NCBI GenBank assembly: GCA_026418295.1
Contig: JAOABP010000002.1
Coordinates: 162,367-226,366, forward strand
Direction of reading: 5' to 3'
DNA: 64,000 nucleotides
Source: a candidate division WOR-3 bacterium
GTDB taxonomy: Bacteria > Hydrothermota > Tepidihabitantia > Tepidihabitantales > Tepidihabitantaceae
Shown here piece after piece: positions 56,694 through 64,000 of this stretch. Every line of letters begins with the position of its first letter. Positions within the stretch are counted from its first letter, which is position 1. Position numbers and translations under genes: made by a program. The notes beneath the pieces were generated by a model. The model saw only the letters and a program-made list of their open reading frames with translations, was not told where the DNA came from and searched no databases.

Positions 56694-57850
56694 AATACTG
56701 TCAGGTTCTGCTTAGCCCCATATATACTCAGAAGGACTTTTTCGGCAGTATTCCAGTTATATCGGCTTTCAGCTGCTTTTCTTCCTGCTTCTCCTCGCTC
56801 AATTGCTGCATCGGGTTCTGACAATATCTGTTCCATCATTCGGGCAATTTCTTCCGGACGAGTTGGGTCGATAAGCCAGCCACATTCAGCATCGTTGATT
56901 ATGCGGGCGATTTCTGGAAAGTTGCTGGCGACAATTGCGAGTCCGGCGACCATAAATTCAAAAAGTTTGCTGGGCTGGTTTGTCCAGTCGTTTCCACGTC
57001 CGGGTTGCAAAAGGATTACGCCACAGAGAGCAGTTTTTAGGAGTTCAAACACCTGTTCATATGAATCAACACGTTCAATAAACTTAATGTTGTTTTCCAA
57101 ATTGTTATTTTTGATATACGATACAACCCATTGTTCAATATCATCGCGCGGATCGAATTCGCCCCGGACGATAAGTTTTACTTCCGGAAAGCGACGCTTT
57201 ACTTTTTCCAGTGCGATTAAAAGCCGGTCAAATCCACGTGGCCGACAGATCAGCCCGGTATAAACGAACCAGGGATTTCTTGTGGTTTTATGTTTCTGAT
57301 ACGACACCAGAGGTGCGTAATTCGGCACAATGTTCACCACTGCTTTGCGTCTTCGAAAACGCAGTGCCCTCAAACGGTTAGTTTCGATTATCGCGTCTGC
57401 CTTTCTGACCGCCTGATATTCAAGATAGCTGATAAGTAACCAGCCAAGTATCCTGATAAATACTGGTAAATCAGTTCTGTCCAGATATTGACGGGGAAAC
57501 CACTCGCTGGATTCGTAGACAACTTTTATGCGAGGCCTGTAAGTTTTGATATGCAGACCGACAGCCAGACACCAGGGGTCAATACAATGATAAACATCGG
57601 CATTCTCTTGCCAAGCTAACCGGGCAATCTCCCGGAGCGTTCTGATTTTCTTAATCTGCCACCTTTCGGGTACAGCAATGACTTTTATTCCTCTGGAATA
57701 AAAAATATGGGTATTGTATTTATTTCCCAGTCCGATAACAGTAACCTTGAATCCTGCCTGGAAGAGAGATTGAGCCTCGCGATCAAGAAATCTGCTGTAA
57801 TCTGCCGGATAAGAGGAAGTAAGGAGGCAGACATGTTTAATTGCGGTCAT
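56690..57850 (-). CDS. Family-1 (GT4-type) glycosyltransferase
   Basis: The C-terminal GT-B Rossmann domain carries EFMVAGLAIVASNFPEIARIIND...GWLIDP, which is the GT4 signature region. Confidence 0.7.
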   Translation of the reverse strand: MTAIKHVCLLTSSYPADYSRFLDREAQSLFQAGFKVTVIGLGNKYNTHIFYSRGIKVIAVPERWQIKKIRTLREIARLAWQENADVYHCIDPWCLAVGLHIKTYRPRIKVVYESSEWFPRQYLDRTDLPVFIRILGWLLISYLEYQAVRKADAIIETNRLRALRFRRRKAVVNIVPNYAPLVSYQKHKTTRNPWFVYTGLICRPRGFDRLLIALEKVKRRFPEVKLIVRGEFDPRDDIEQWVVSYIKNNNLENNIKFIERVDSYEQVFELLKTALCGVILLQPGRGNDWTNQPSKLFEFMVAGLAIVASNFPEIARIINDAECGWLIDPTRPEEIARMMEQILSEPDAAIERGEAGRKAAESRYNWNTAEKVLLSIYGAKQNLTVL

Positions 57851-57878
57851 GCGCTTCCAATTGCAGGAACGACACTAC

Positions 57879-58820
57879 CTAATTTTGTGGATGAACCGGT
57901 TCTGGCTGTTCTTCAGTTCCAGCCGGCAGCTGCCCTAAGGCACGAAGGCATTCCTTGGCAGTGTTGACATGAATTTCTACTGTATCCTGTGTATTAAGCG
58001 CATAGCCTCCCGCGAGTACGGGCACGACCGGTATTCCTTTCCGATGGCAGTTTTCAATCACTATCCGGTCGCGCAATGCCAGCCCCCGTTTTGTTAAACG
58101 AAGCGTCCCCAACTGATCATCGATATATGGATCCGCACCGGCTACATAGATGACAAATTGAGGTTTGTGTTCTGAAATGATCTTGGGAACCGCTGTAATC
58201 AGATGCTGGTTGTATTCTTCATCACCTGTCTCATCCTCAAGTCCTATGTCCCACGAAGAACGCTCTTTTATGGGATACAGGTGTTCCTGATGGATGGAGA
58301 ATGTGAAGACCCTTGGGTCATCCTGAAAGATGCGGGCAGTGCCGTTACCCTGATGCAGATCACAGTCAATCACCGCCACCCTTTCTATCTTCCCCTCTTT
58401 TTGTAATTTTTTAATTGCGACTGCAATATCATTGATATAGCAGAACCCCTCGGCATGGTCGGCAAAGGCATGGTGAAAACCGCCGCCAATGTGCATGGCG
58501 ATCCCGTCTTCAAGGGCAAAGTGGCAGGCGAGGATAGTTCCAGAAGTATGAAGCATATAACCATAAACAATATCCCAAGTAAGCGGTAGTTCGGAACGGA
58601 CAGTTCTTGATGTCCAGCGCAGGTTCAGGAGATCATCCACATATTCTTTAGTATGAACAAGTCGAATGTCATCGATTACCGGTTCAGGTGGCTCAAAGAA
58701 ATCCGATTCCTTTGCCAAACCGCTGCCTAAGAGGGAAGCCTTTACCAATTTGTACTTGTCGGTGGGAAATACATGGACGCCAATATTAAAATGATAGCGA
58801 TCGGAATATACAAAACGCAT
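57879..58820 (-). CDS. Histone-deacetylase-family zinc hydrolase (AcuC / acetylpolyamine-amidohydrolase-like)
   Basis: GGGFHHAFADHAEGFCYINDIAVAI contains the HDAC catalytic His-His. VIDCDLHQGNGT contains the zinc-binding Asp-x-His. 313 aa. Confidence 0.75.
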   Translation of the reverse strand: MRFVYSDRYHFNIGVHVFPTDKYKLVKASLLGSGLAKESDFFEPPEPVIDDIRLVHTKEYVDDLLNLRWTSRTVRSELPLTWDIVYGYMLHTSGTILACHFALEDGIAMHIGGGFHHAFADHAEGFCYINDIAVAIKKLQKEGKIERVAVIDCDLHQGNGTARIFQDDPRVFTFSIHQEHLYPIKERSSWDIGLEDETGDEEYNQHLITAVPKIISEHKPQFVIYVAGADPYIDDQLGTLRLTKRGLALRDRIVIENCHRKGIPVVPVLAGGYALNTQDTVEIHVNTAKECLRALGQLPAGTEEQPEPVHPQN

Positions 58821-58939
58821 ATTCTGTAAATTTTAGACTGGATCTACTCTAATGTCAATGGAAAACAGCGCTGAGTTTTATCTGCCACACCTCTTGAGCA
58901 GAATTTGCACTGGAGCAATTTTAAAATAATATAATATTA

Positions 58940-59488
58940 ATGACTCAGGAGAATATTTTCCACCATACAACTATTATCGGAGTACGCCGTGATGGCAGAG
59001 TGGCAATGGCGTCGGACGGTCAGGTTACATTTGGTGAAACCATTCTCAAACATTCAGCCCGCAAGATCAGAAAACTTCACAACGGAAAAGTTCTTGTTGG
59101 ATTTGCCGGGGCAACGGCTGATGCCTTTACCCTTTTTGAGCGGTTTGAAGCAAAGCTTGAGGAACATGCCGGTAATTTATCCCGAGCGGTCGTCGAGCTG
59201 GCAAAGGACTGGCGGACAGACCGGGTTTTGCGCCGGCTTGAAGCGCTGCTGGGCATTATGGACAGAGAACATTCTTTTATCGTCTCCGGTTCCGGGGATG
59301 TGATTGAACCGGATGACGGGATTATTGCGATCGGTTCGGGGGGGACGTATGCTCTGATTGCTGCCCGCTTGCTGTTGAAGTATACATCGCTTTCCAGCGA
59401 GGAAATTGTCCGGGAGGCGATTCAGCAGGCGGCTGCGGTCTGTGTTTATACGAATAATGAAATCTACATTGAAACCATTAAAAGTTGA
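58940..59488 (+). CDS. hslV: ATP-dependent protease subunit HslV of the CodW/ClpQ type, with a short N-terminal propeptide
   Basis: [67 protein letters not shown] is the HslV N-terminal-nucleophile fold. Nine residues (MTQENIFHH) precede the catalytic Thr, as in Bacillus CodW (MSSFHATTIFAV...). Confidence 0.85.
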   Translation: MTQENIFHHTTIIGVRRDGRVAMASDGQVTFGETILKHSARKIRKLHNGKVLVGFAGATADAFTLFERFEAKLEEHAGNLSRAVVELAKDWRTDRVLRRLEALLGIMDREHSFIVSGSGDVIEPDDGIIAIGSGGTYALIAARLLLKYTSLSSEEIVREAIQQAAAVCVYTNNEIYIETIKS

Positions 59489-60197
59489 TGATGTCAGTCA
59501 TTGAGTAAAATCCGGCGGGTTGCTTGATGATCCACCTGATGGCTGCTAAGACGCCAGCAGCAAATGTGGAGCGACTTTCTGCTTTATGAATCAGCTCTAA
59601 ACGTTCACCGGCACCGCCAAAAATGATTTGATGTTCGCCTATCACGTCCCCGGTCCTTATTGAAACCACCGGAATTTCTGTTCTGCCCGTTACCACCTGC
59701 AATTCCTCGGTAAGCTGCCGGGCAGTTCCTGACGGGGCATCCTTCTTTTTCTTGTGGTGAATTTCAATCAGGTGAATATCGTATTCATCGCCCAACAGTT
59801 GAGCTGCTTGCATGGCAATCCTGGAAAGAACTGCAATCCCCCGAGCAAAATTAGGTGCCCAGACAACTGGAATTTTCCTCCCGGCATCGCGGATTGTTCT
59901 TAACTGCTCGGCGCTGAAACCGGTGACGCCGGTGATAAAGGATGTTCCGCCTTCGGCACAAAGATTAACATTTTTAACCACAGTGACAGGGTTTGAAAAG
60001 TCGACAACAACATCGACGCTGGTCAAGCAGGCAGAAAGTTCGGTAACAATTGTACCGGAACCGAGGGGTGCGCCGATCTGGGGATGTCCCGGCGCTTCAA
60101 CGCCGCCCACCACCTCAATATCAGACTGTTGTGACAGTAACCGCTTTATTTCACATCCCATCCGTCCGGCGCAGCCCACAATGACTACTCTAATCAT
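59478..60197 (-). CDS. dapB: 4-hydroxy-tetrahydrodipicolinate reductase
   Basis: [17 protein letters not shown] is the NAD(P)-binding motif. [15 protein letters not shown] matches the DapB signature E(L/I)HHxxKxDAPSGTA. Confidence 0.85.
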   Translation of the reverse strand: MIRVVIVGCAGRMGCEIKRLLSQQSDIEVVGGVEAPGHPQIGAPLGSGTIVTELSACLTSVDVVVDFSNPVTVVKNVNLCAEGGTSFITGVTGFSAEQLRTIRDAGRKIPVVWAPNFARGIAVLSRIAMQAAQLLGDEYDIHLIEIHHKKKKDAPSGTARQLTEELQVVTGRTEIPVVSIRTGDVIGEHQIIFGGAGERLELIHKAESRSTFAAGVLAAIRWIIKQPAGFYSMTDIINF

Positions 60198-61077
60198 GTC
60201 TGATGTTCAATCCGTAGTTCTGCAAAGCCCGTCGGAGCAACTCTTTTGAACCGGAGCTTAAAGGACTTAATGGAAGTCTCGGGTACCCGGCAGGCATCCC
60301 GAGCATATTCATCGCAGCTTTTACCGGAATGGGATTGGTTTCAATAAAAAGTGCCTTAATCAAAGGAAATAATTTCAGATGGCGTCTCCGGGCCGACTCC
60401 GTATTCCCACCGAGATAATCATCAACCAGCGCCTGGACATCATTCGGGACGATATTGGAGACAACCGAGATCACACCGCGACCGCCGAGCGATAAAATCG
60501 GAAGAGTGAGAGAATCGTCGCCGGAAAGCACGGTTATCCGATCTCCGCAGCGAATAAGAATATCGCTAACCTGGTCAAGATTTCCTGATGCCTCTTTTAC
60601 TGCTACTATATTGGGACAGTCATTTGCCAGCCGTTCGATTGTTGCCGGCTGAATATTGACAACGCTGCGCGGTGGAATGTTGTAGATAATCAATGGCAAA
60701 CGGGTTGCTTCAGCACAGGCACGAAAATGCTGATAAAGACCTTCCTGAGTCGGTTTGTTATAATAAGGCGCAACCACCAGGACAGCATCAACCCCCAGTT
60801 CTTCCGCCCTCCGGATTTGGCGAACTGACTTCCAAGTTGAATTCGTTCCCGCACCGGCGATTACCGGAATTTTGCCCTTAGCTTCGGCAACAGCTGTCTG
60901 AATCACCAGTTCCCATTCCGTTTCATTCAGGCTGGACGATTCACCGGTAGAACCGCAGACTAAAATTCCCTTTACACCGGTTTGCAATTGAAATCGAATA
61001 TTCTCCCGCAGTCCATCAAGATTCAGCGCTTCTTCCTTGAAGGGAGTAATTAATGCAGTAATGCAACCTGTAAACAT
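60190..61077 (-). CDS. dapA: 4-hydroxy-tetrahydrodipicolinate synthase
   Basis: ALITPF...GILVCGSTGESSSLN. The Schiff-base lysine context is VAVKEASGN. VVAPYYNKPTQ is also present. 295 aa. It overlaps dapB by 8 nt. Confidence 0.85.
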   Translation of the reverse strand: MFTGCITALITPFKEEALNLDGLRENIRFQLQTGVKGILVCGSTGESSSLNETEWELVIQTAVAEAKGKIPVIAGAGTNSTWKSVRQIRRAEELGVDAVLVVAPYYNKPTQEGLYQHFRACAEATRLPLIIYNIPPRSVVNIQPATIERLANDCPNIVAVKEASGNLDQVSDILIRCGDRITVLSGDDSLTLPILSLGGRGVISVVSNIVPNDVQALVDDYLGGNTESARRRHLKLFPLIKALFIETNPIPVKAAMNMLGMPAGYPRLPLSPLSSGSKELLRRALQNYGLNIRHD

Positions 61078-61095
61078 AATGCCTCCCTTATGTTT

Positions 61096-62967
61096 TTAAA
61101 GCGGTGGCACAACAGTTTGTTTCTTATCGTCTCCCCCAAGCCCGAGAATCTGATCTACATCGCTGCCGCTTAATGCCTCCTTTTCCAGCAAGGCCTTTGC
61201 CAGAAGATCCAGTTTGTCCCGATTTTCCTGAATAAGCTGCAAAGCCCGGGCTGCTTGTGTATCAACAATGCGCTTGATTTCAGAGTCAATCAGTCGGGCG
61301 GTTTCCTCAGAAAAGGTTCGATGCAAACCCAGTTCCCGCCCGAGGAAAATTTCTTCATTACCCTTGCCGAATGTTAACGGCCCCACTTTTTCACTCATCC
61401 CCCACTCGGTTACCATTCTTCTTGCCAGCATGGTTGCCCGGTCAATGTCGTCCCGGGAACCGGTTGAGATATCATTGAAGACAATCTGTTCAGCAGCTCT
61501 CCCCCCCAGCATAACGGTTAACTGATTCAGGCAGTATTCGCGGGAATATATGCGTTTGTCATCTATCGGTAATTGCTGGGTAACACCTAATGCCCTGCCT
61601 CTGGGAATTATCGTTACTTTGTGAATCGGGTCCGTACCCGGTGTAAGTCGGGAAACCAGTGCATGTCCGGCTTCGTGATAGGCAATCCAGCGCTTCTCCT
61701 CTTCACTTATCAGCAAACTTCGCCGTTCCACGCCCATCAAGACCTTATCTTTTGCATCCTCAAAATCCTGCATGGTAACAGCGTTTCTTCCACGACGCGC
61801 CGCCAGCAGTGCGGCTTCGTTGACCATATTCGCCAAATCAGCGCCCGAAAAACCCGGAGTGCTTCGTGCCAGAATTGATACATCCACATCCTGCCCGACT
61901 GCGATCTTGCGGATATGAACCTTAAGGATACCCTCCCTTCCCAGAACATCAGGAAGGTCCACAACGATCTGCCGGTCGAATCTGCCCGGTCTTAATAAAG
62001 CCGGATCGAGTATGTCCGGACGATTGGTCGCAGCCATGATAATGACGCCATCGGTTGTTTCAAATCCATCCATTTCAACAAGGAGTTGATTCAGCGTCTG
62101 TTCACGTTCGTCATGTCCCCCTCCGAGTCCGGCACCGCGCTGTCTGCCCACTGCGTCAATTTCATCGATGAATATAATGCATGGAGCATTACGCTTCGCC
62201 TGCTCAAAAAGATCACGGACGCGGGCAGCCCCGACGCCGACAAACATCTCCACAAAATCAGATCCGGAAATAGATAGAAAAGGGACGCCCGCCTCTCCCG
62301 CTACTGCCTTTGCCAGAAGGGTTTTACCGGTACCGGTGGGTCCAACCAGAAGCACACCCTTGGGAATTCTTCCTCCGAGGCGCTGAAATTTCTGAGGAGA
62401 TTTCAAAAAGGCAATAATTTCCCGCAACTCCTCCTTGGCTTCCTCTACTCCGGCAACATCATTAAAGGTAACCTTCGGCCGATCAGAGGTTAATATCCGG
62501 GCGCGGGATCGGCCGAAGGTGAAAGCGCGATCCTGGCCCGAAGTCATCCGGCGCATAAACATGAGCCAGAGACCGATTACCAGGACCCAGGGAAGAAATG
62601 ATATCAGAATCGTTGGCCACTGCGAACGCTCCCGAACATCAACATAAACATCATTTTTCAGCAGTCGGGGGACAAGTTCCTGATCATTGGGTGGAGTGGT
62701 AGTACGGAACTGGGTCAAGGTCATTTTGCCCTGATCCAGGAGAATCTCAGTCGGGGCACGCAATGTCCCGATAATTTCCCGGTCGGTAATCGTAATCTTC
62801 AACACATTACCGGCATCTACCTGTTTTATGAACTCGGTATAGCTGATTCGAGGTGCGGTGCGTCGATATTGAGAGAAAAAAGTCCACGCCATCCAGGCTG
62901 ACAGAAGTACGAGAACCCAGATTACCAGCGAACCGAGTGCCCGCCCAGCGTTCGTTTTAATCGCCAT
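61096..62967 (-). CDS. ftsH: ATP-dependent zinc metalloprotease FtsH
   Basis: Two N-terminal transmembrane helices. Walker [19 protein letters not shown]. Walker [12 protein letters not shown]. The SRH motif is present. Zinc site HEAGHALV. 623 aa. Confidence 0.9.
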   Translation of the reverse strand: MAIKTNAGRALGSLVIWVLVLLSAWMAWTFFSQYRRTAPRISYTEFIKQVDAGNVLKITITDREIIGTLRAPTEILLDQGKMTLTQFRTTTPPNDQELVPRLLKNDVYVDVRERSQWPTILISFLPWVLVIGLWLMFMRRMTSGQDRAFTFGRSRARILTSDRPKVTFNDVAGVEEAKEELREIIAFLKSPQKFQRLGGRIPKGVLLVGPTGTGKTLLAKAVAGEAGVPFLSISGSDFVEMFVGVGAARVRDLFEQAKRNAPCIIFIDEIDAVGRQRGAGLGGGHDEREQTLNQLLVEMDGFETTDGVIIMAATNRPDILDPALLRPGRFDRQIVVDLPDVLGREGILKVHIRKIAVGQDVDVSILARSTPGFSGADLANMVNEAALLAARRGRNAVTMQDFEDAKDKVLMGVERRSLLISEEEKRWIAYHEAGHALVSRLTPGTDPIHKVTIIPRGRALGVTQQLPIDDKRIYSREYCLNQLTVMLGGRAAEQIVFNDISTGSRDDIDRATMLARRMVTEWGMSEKVGPLTFGKGNEEIFLGRELGLHRTFSEETARLIDSEIKRIVDTQAARALQLIQENRDKLDLLAKALLEKEALSGSDVDQILGLGGDDKKQTVVPPL

Positions 62968-63943
62968 TAACCGATTTCGAAACTTTTCTGGTTATCTCTG
63001 CTCCTTCATCGCGGATGCGCACTACCACGCCTGCCTGAATATAATGACTTCCAGGGCACTTTCTTGTGATTAAATCCACTATCCGCTCCACATGATCAGA
63101 ACTGATCTCCGGCGCGATTAACTTGATGATCCTTCTTTTCAGAACCAAATTATAACTGTTGAACCGCTTGATGTCAATTAACACTCTTTTGCTGTTAAAT
63201 TTTCCAATACGGCTGAGCGCTTTCTGTGCCAGAGTCTCGAGAAAACAGTCTTCACTCCGCAGCAACTCTCCGGTACGCAGTACATTTTCCCTGACTGCAG
63301 GATTGATTTTTTCCATTATTGGGATAATCTGCAGTCGGATCAGATTACGGGTGTACCTGACATCTGTGTTGGTTTCATCCTCTACCCATTTGAGAGATTT
63401 GGCTTCAAGATAGCTCCTTATTTCCTTACGAGTAATCTTAATAAGTGGACGGATGAAAATATCCCGGTGGACCGGAATGCCGCAGAGTCCGCGCAATCCG
63501 GCCCCGCGCACCAGATTGTGAATTACCGTTTCCAGATTATCATCGGCAGTATGTCCCAGTGCCACCCTATCGCAGGCAAGCTTTTTGGCTGTCCGCTGGT
63601 AATGCAGGTAGCGGAGATGCCTTGCTGCAGTTTCCAGACTCATTCTGTGCTTTCGAGCGAAGGTTGGTGTATCAACTTTCACCACAACGAGCCGAATATC
63701 CCACTGCTGGGTAAGATTGCGCACAAACATCTCATCCTGATCGGCATTGCCCCGGATTCCGTGGTTGATATGAATACCCGACACCTGCAGTTTATACTTT
63801 GGGGCAATCATTCTCAGTAAATCCAGCAGGCATACCGAATCCGCACCTCCGGAAATACCCGCAAGCACATGACCGCCCTTTTTTAATAACTGGTATTGTT
63901 CGATGGTATCAATAAACCGGTGGAGCACCGACAGTTTATCCAT
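62957..63943 (-). CDS. tilS: tRNA(Ile)-lysidine synthetase TilS
   Basis: The PP-loop SGGxDS appears as LAGISGGADSVCLLDLL. About 330 aa. It lies immediately upstream of ftsH, which is the widely conserved tilS-ftsH pairing. Confidence 0.8.
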   Translation of the reverse strand: MDKLSVLHRFIDTIEQYQLLKKGGHVLAGISGGADSVCLLDLLRMIAPKYKLQVSGIHINHGIRGNADQDEMFVRNLTQQWDIRLVVVKVDTPTFARKHRMSLETAARHLRYLHYQRTAKKLACDRVALGHTADDNLETVIHNLVRGAGLRGLCGIPVHRDIFIRPLIKITRKEIRSYLEAKSLKWVEDETNTDVRYTRNLIRLQIIPIMEKINPAVRENVLRTGELLRSEDCFLETLAQKALSRIGKFNSKRVLIDIKRFNSYNLVLKRRIIKLIAPEISSDHVERIVDLITRKCPGSHYIQAGVVVRIRDEGAEITRKVSKSVNGD

Positions 63944-64000
63944 ACCAAATTTTACTGCCGCCCGGGATTAATTCAATGCCCGGTTGAACTGGTCCGAATA

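Noticed and set aside
1-64000. A search for CRISPR arrays, IS elements, phage or integrase islands and toxin-antitoxin or restriction modules
   Set aside because: I found no direct-repeat/spacer periodicity and no transposase, integrase (other than housekeeping xerD), nuclease or methylase-like ORFs. The window appears to be core chromosome plus secreted-protein loci.

Overview
This is a 64-kb chromosomal window from a Gram-negative (diderm) bacterium that uses strong Shine-Dalgarno sites and a type IX secretion system (T9SS). Four large secreted proteins carry type-A T9SS C-terminal sorting domains, and one outer-membrane barrel resembles the T9SS cargo-shuttle protein PorV. This points to a non-Bacteroidetes member of the Fibrobacteres-Chlorobi-Bacteroidetes (FCB) group, which is an inference. 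Most of the window is core genome, and coding density is high with many 4-nt start/stop overlaps. Core functions found:
- rod-shape operon mreBCD-mrdA-rodA
- cell-division genes ftsE-ftsX-envC
- DNA maintenance genes mutS, polX, holB, xerD and nadB
- lipopolysaccharide (LPS) assembly and export genes lapA/lapB and lptF/lptG, plus a candidate lptE
- diaminopimelate genes dapA/dapB, the proteases ftsH and hslV, and tilS
- RNA-modification genes rlmN, rlmD and miaB
- a tRNA-adenosine-deaminase gene tadA placed between tRNA-Ser(CGA) and tRNA-Arg(ACG)
The parts most worth a second look are:
- a three-part fusion protein (DegV fatty-acid-binding domain, Dak2 kinase domain, unknown C-terminal region) translationally coupled to plsY, which looks like a single-chain fatty acid kinase feeding acyl-phosphate to PlsY
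- adjacent but separate genes for lysine-ketoglutarate reductase and saccharopine dehydrogenase, the two halves of the eukaryotic AASS enzyme
- two islands of T9SS-secreted proteins, including a 927-aa protein built from about 14 tandem 57-aa repeats and an M6-type metalloprotease with FG-GAP repeats
- a UDP-glucuronate / UDP-xylose-type sugar cluster with a polyprenyl-phosphate-type GT2
- a glycosyltransferase cluster holding an unannotatable 500-aa protein and an HDAC-family deacetylase
- a pair of small DUF4870 membrane proteins downstream of a perfect sigma70-consensus promoter
I found no CRISPR arrays, transposases or phage genes. The calls for the tRNAs and for several proteins rest on motifs that I aligned by eye against remembered sequences, so database confirmation is needed.
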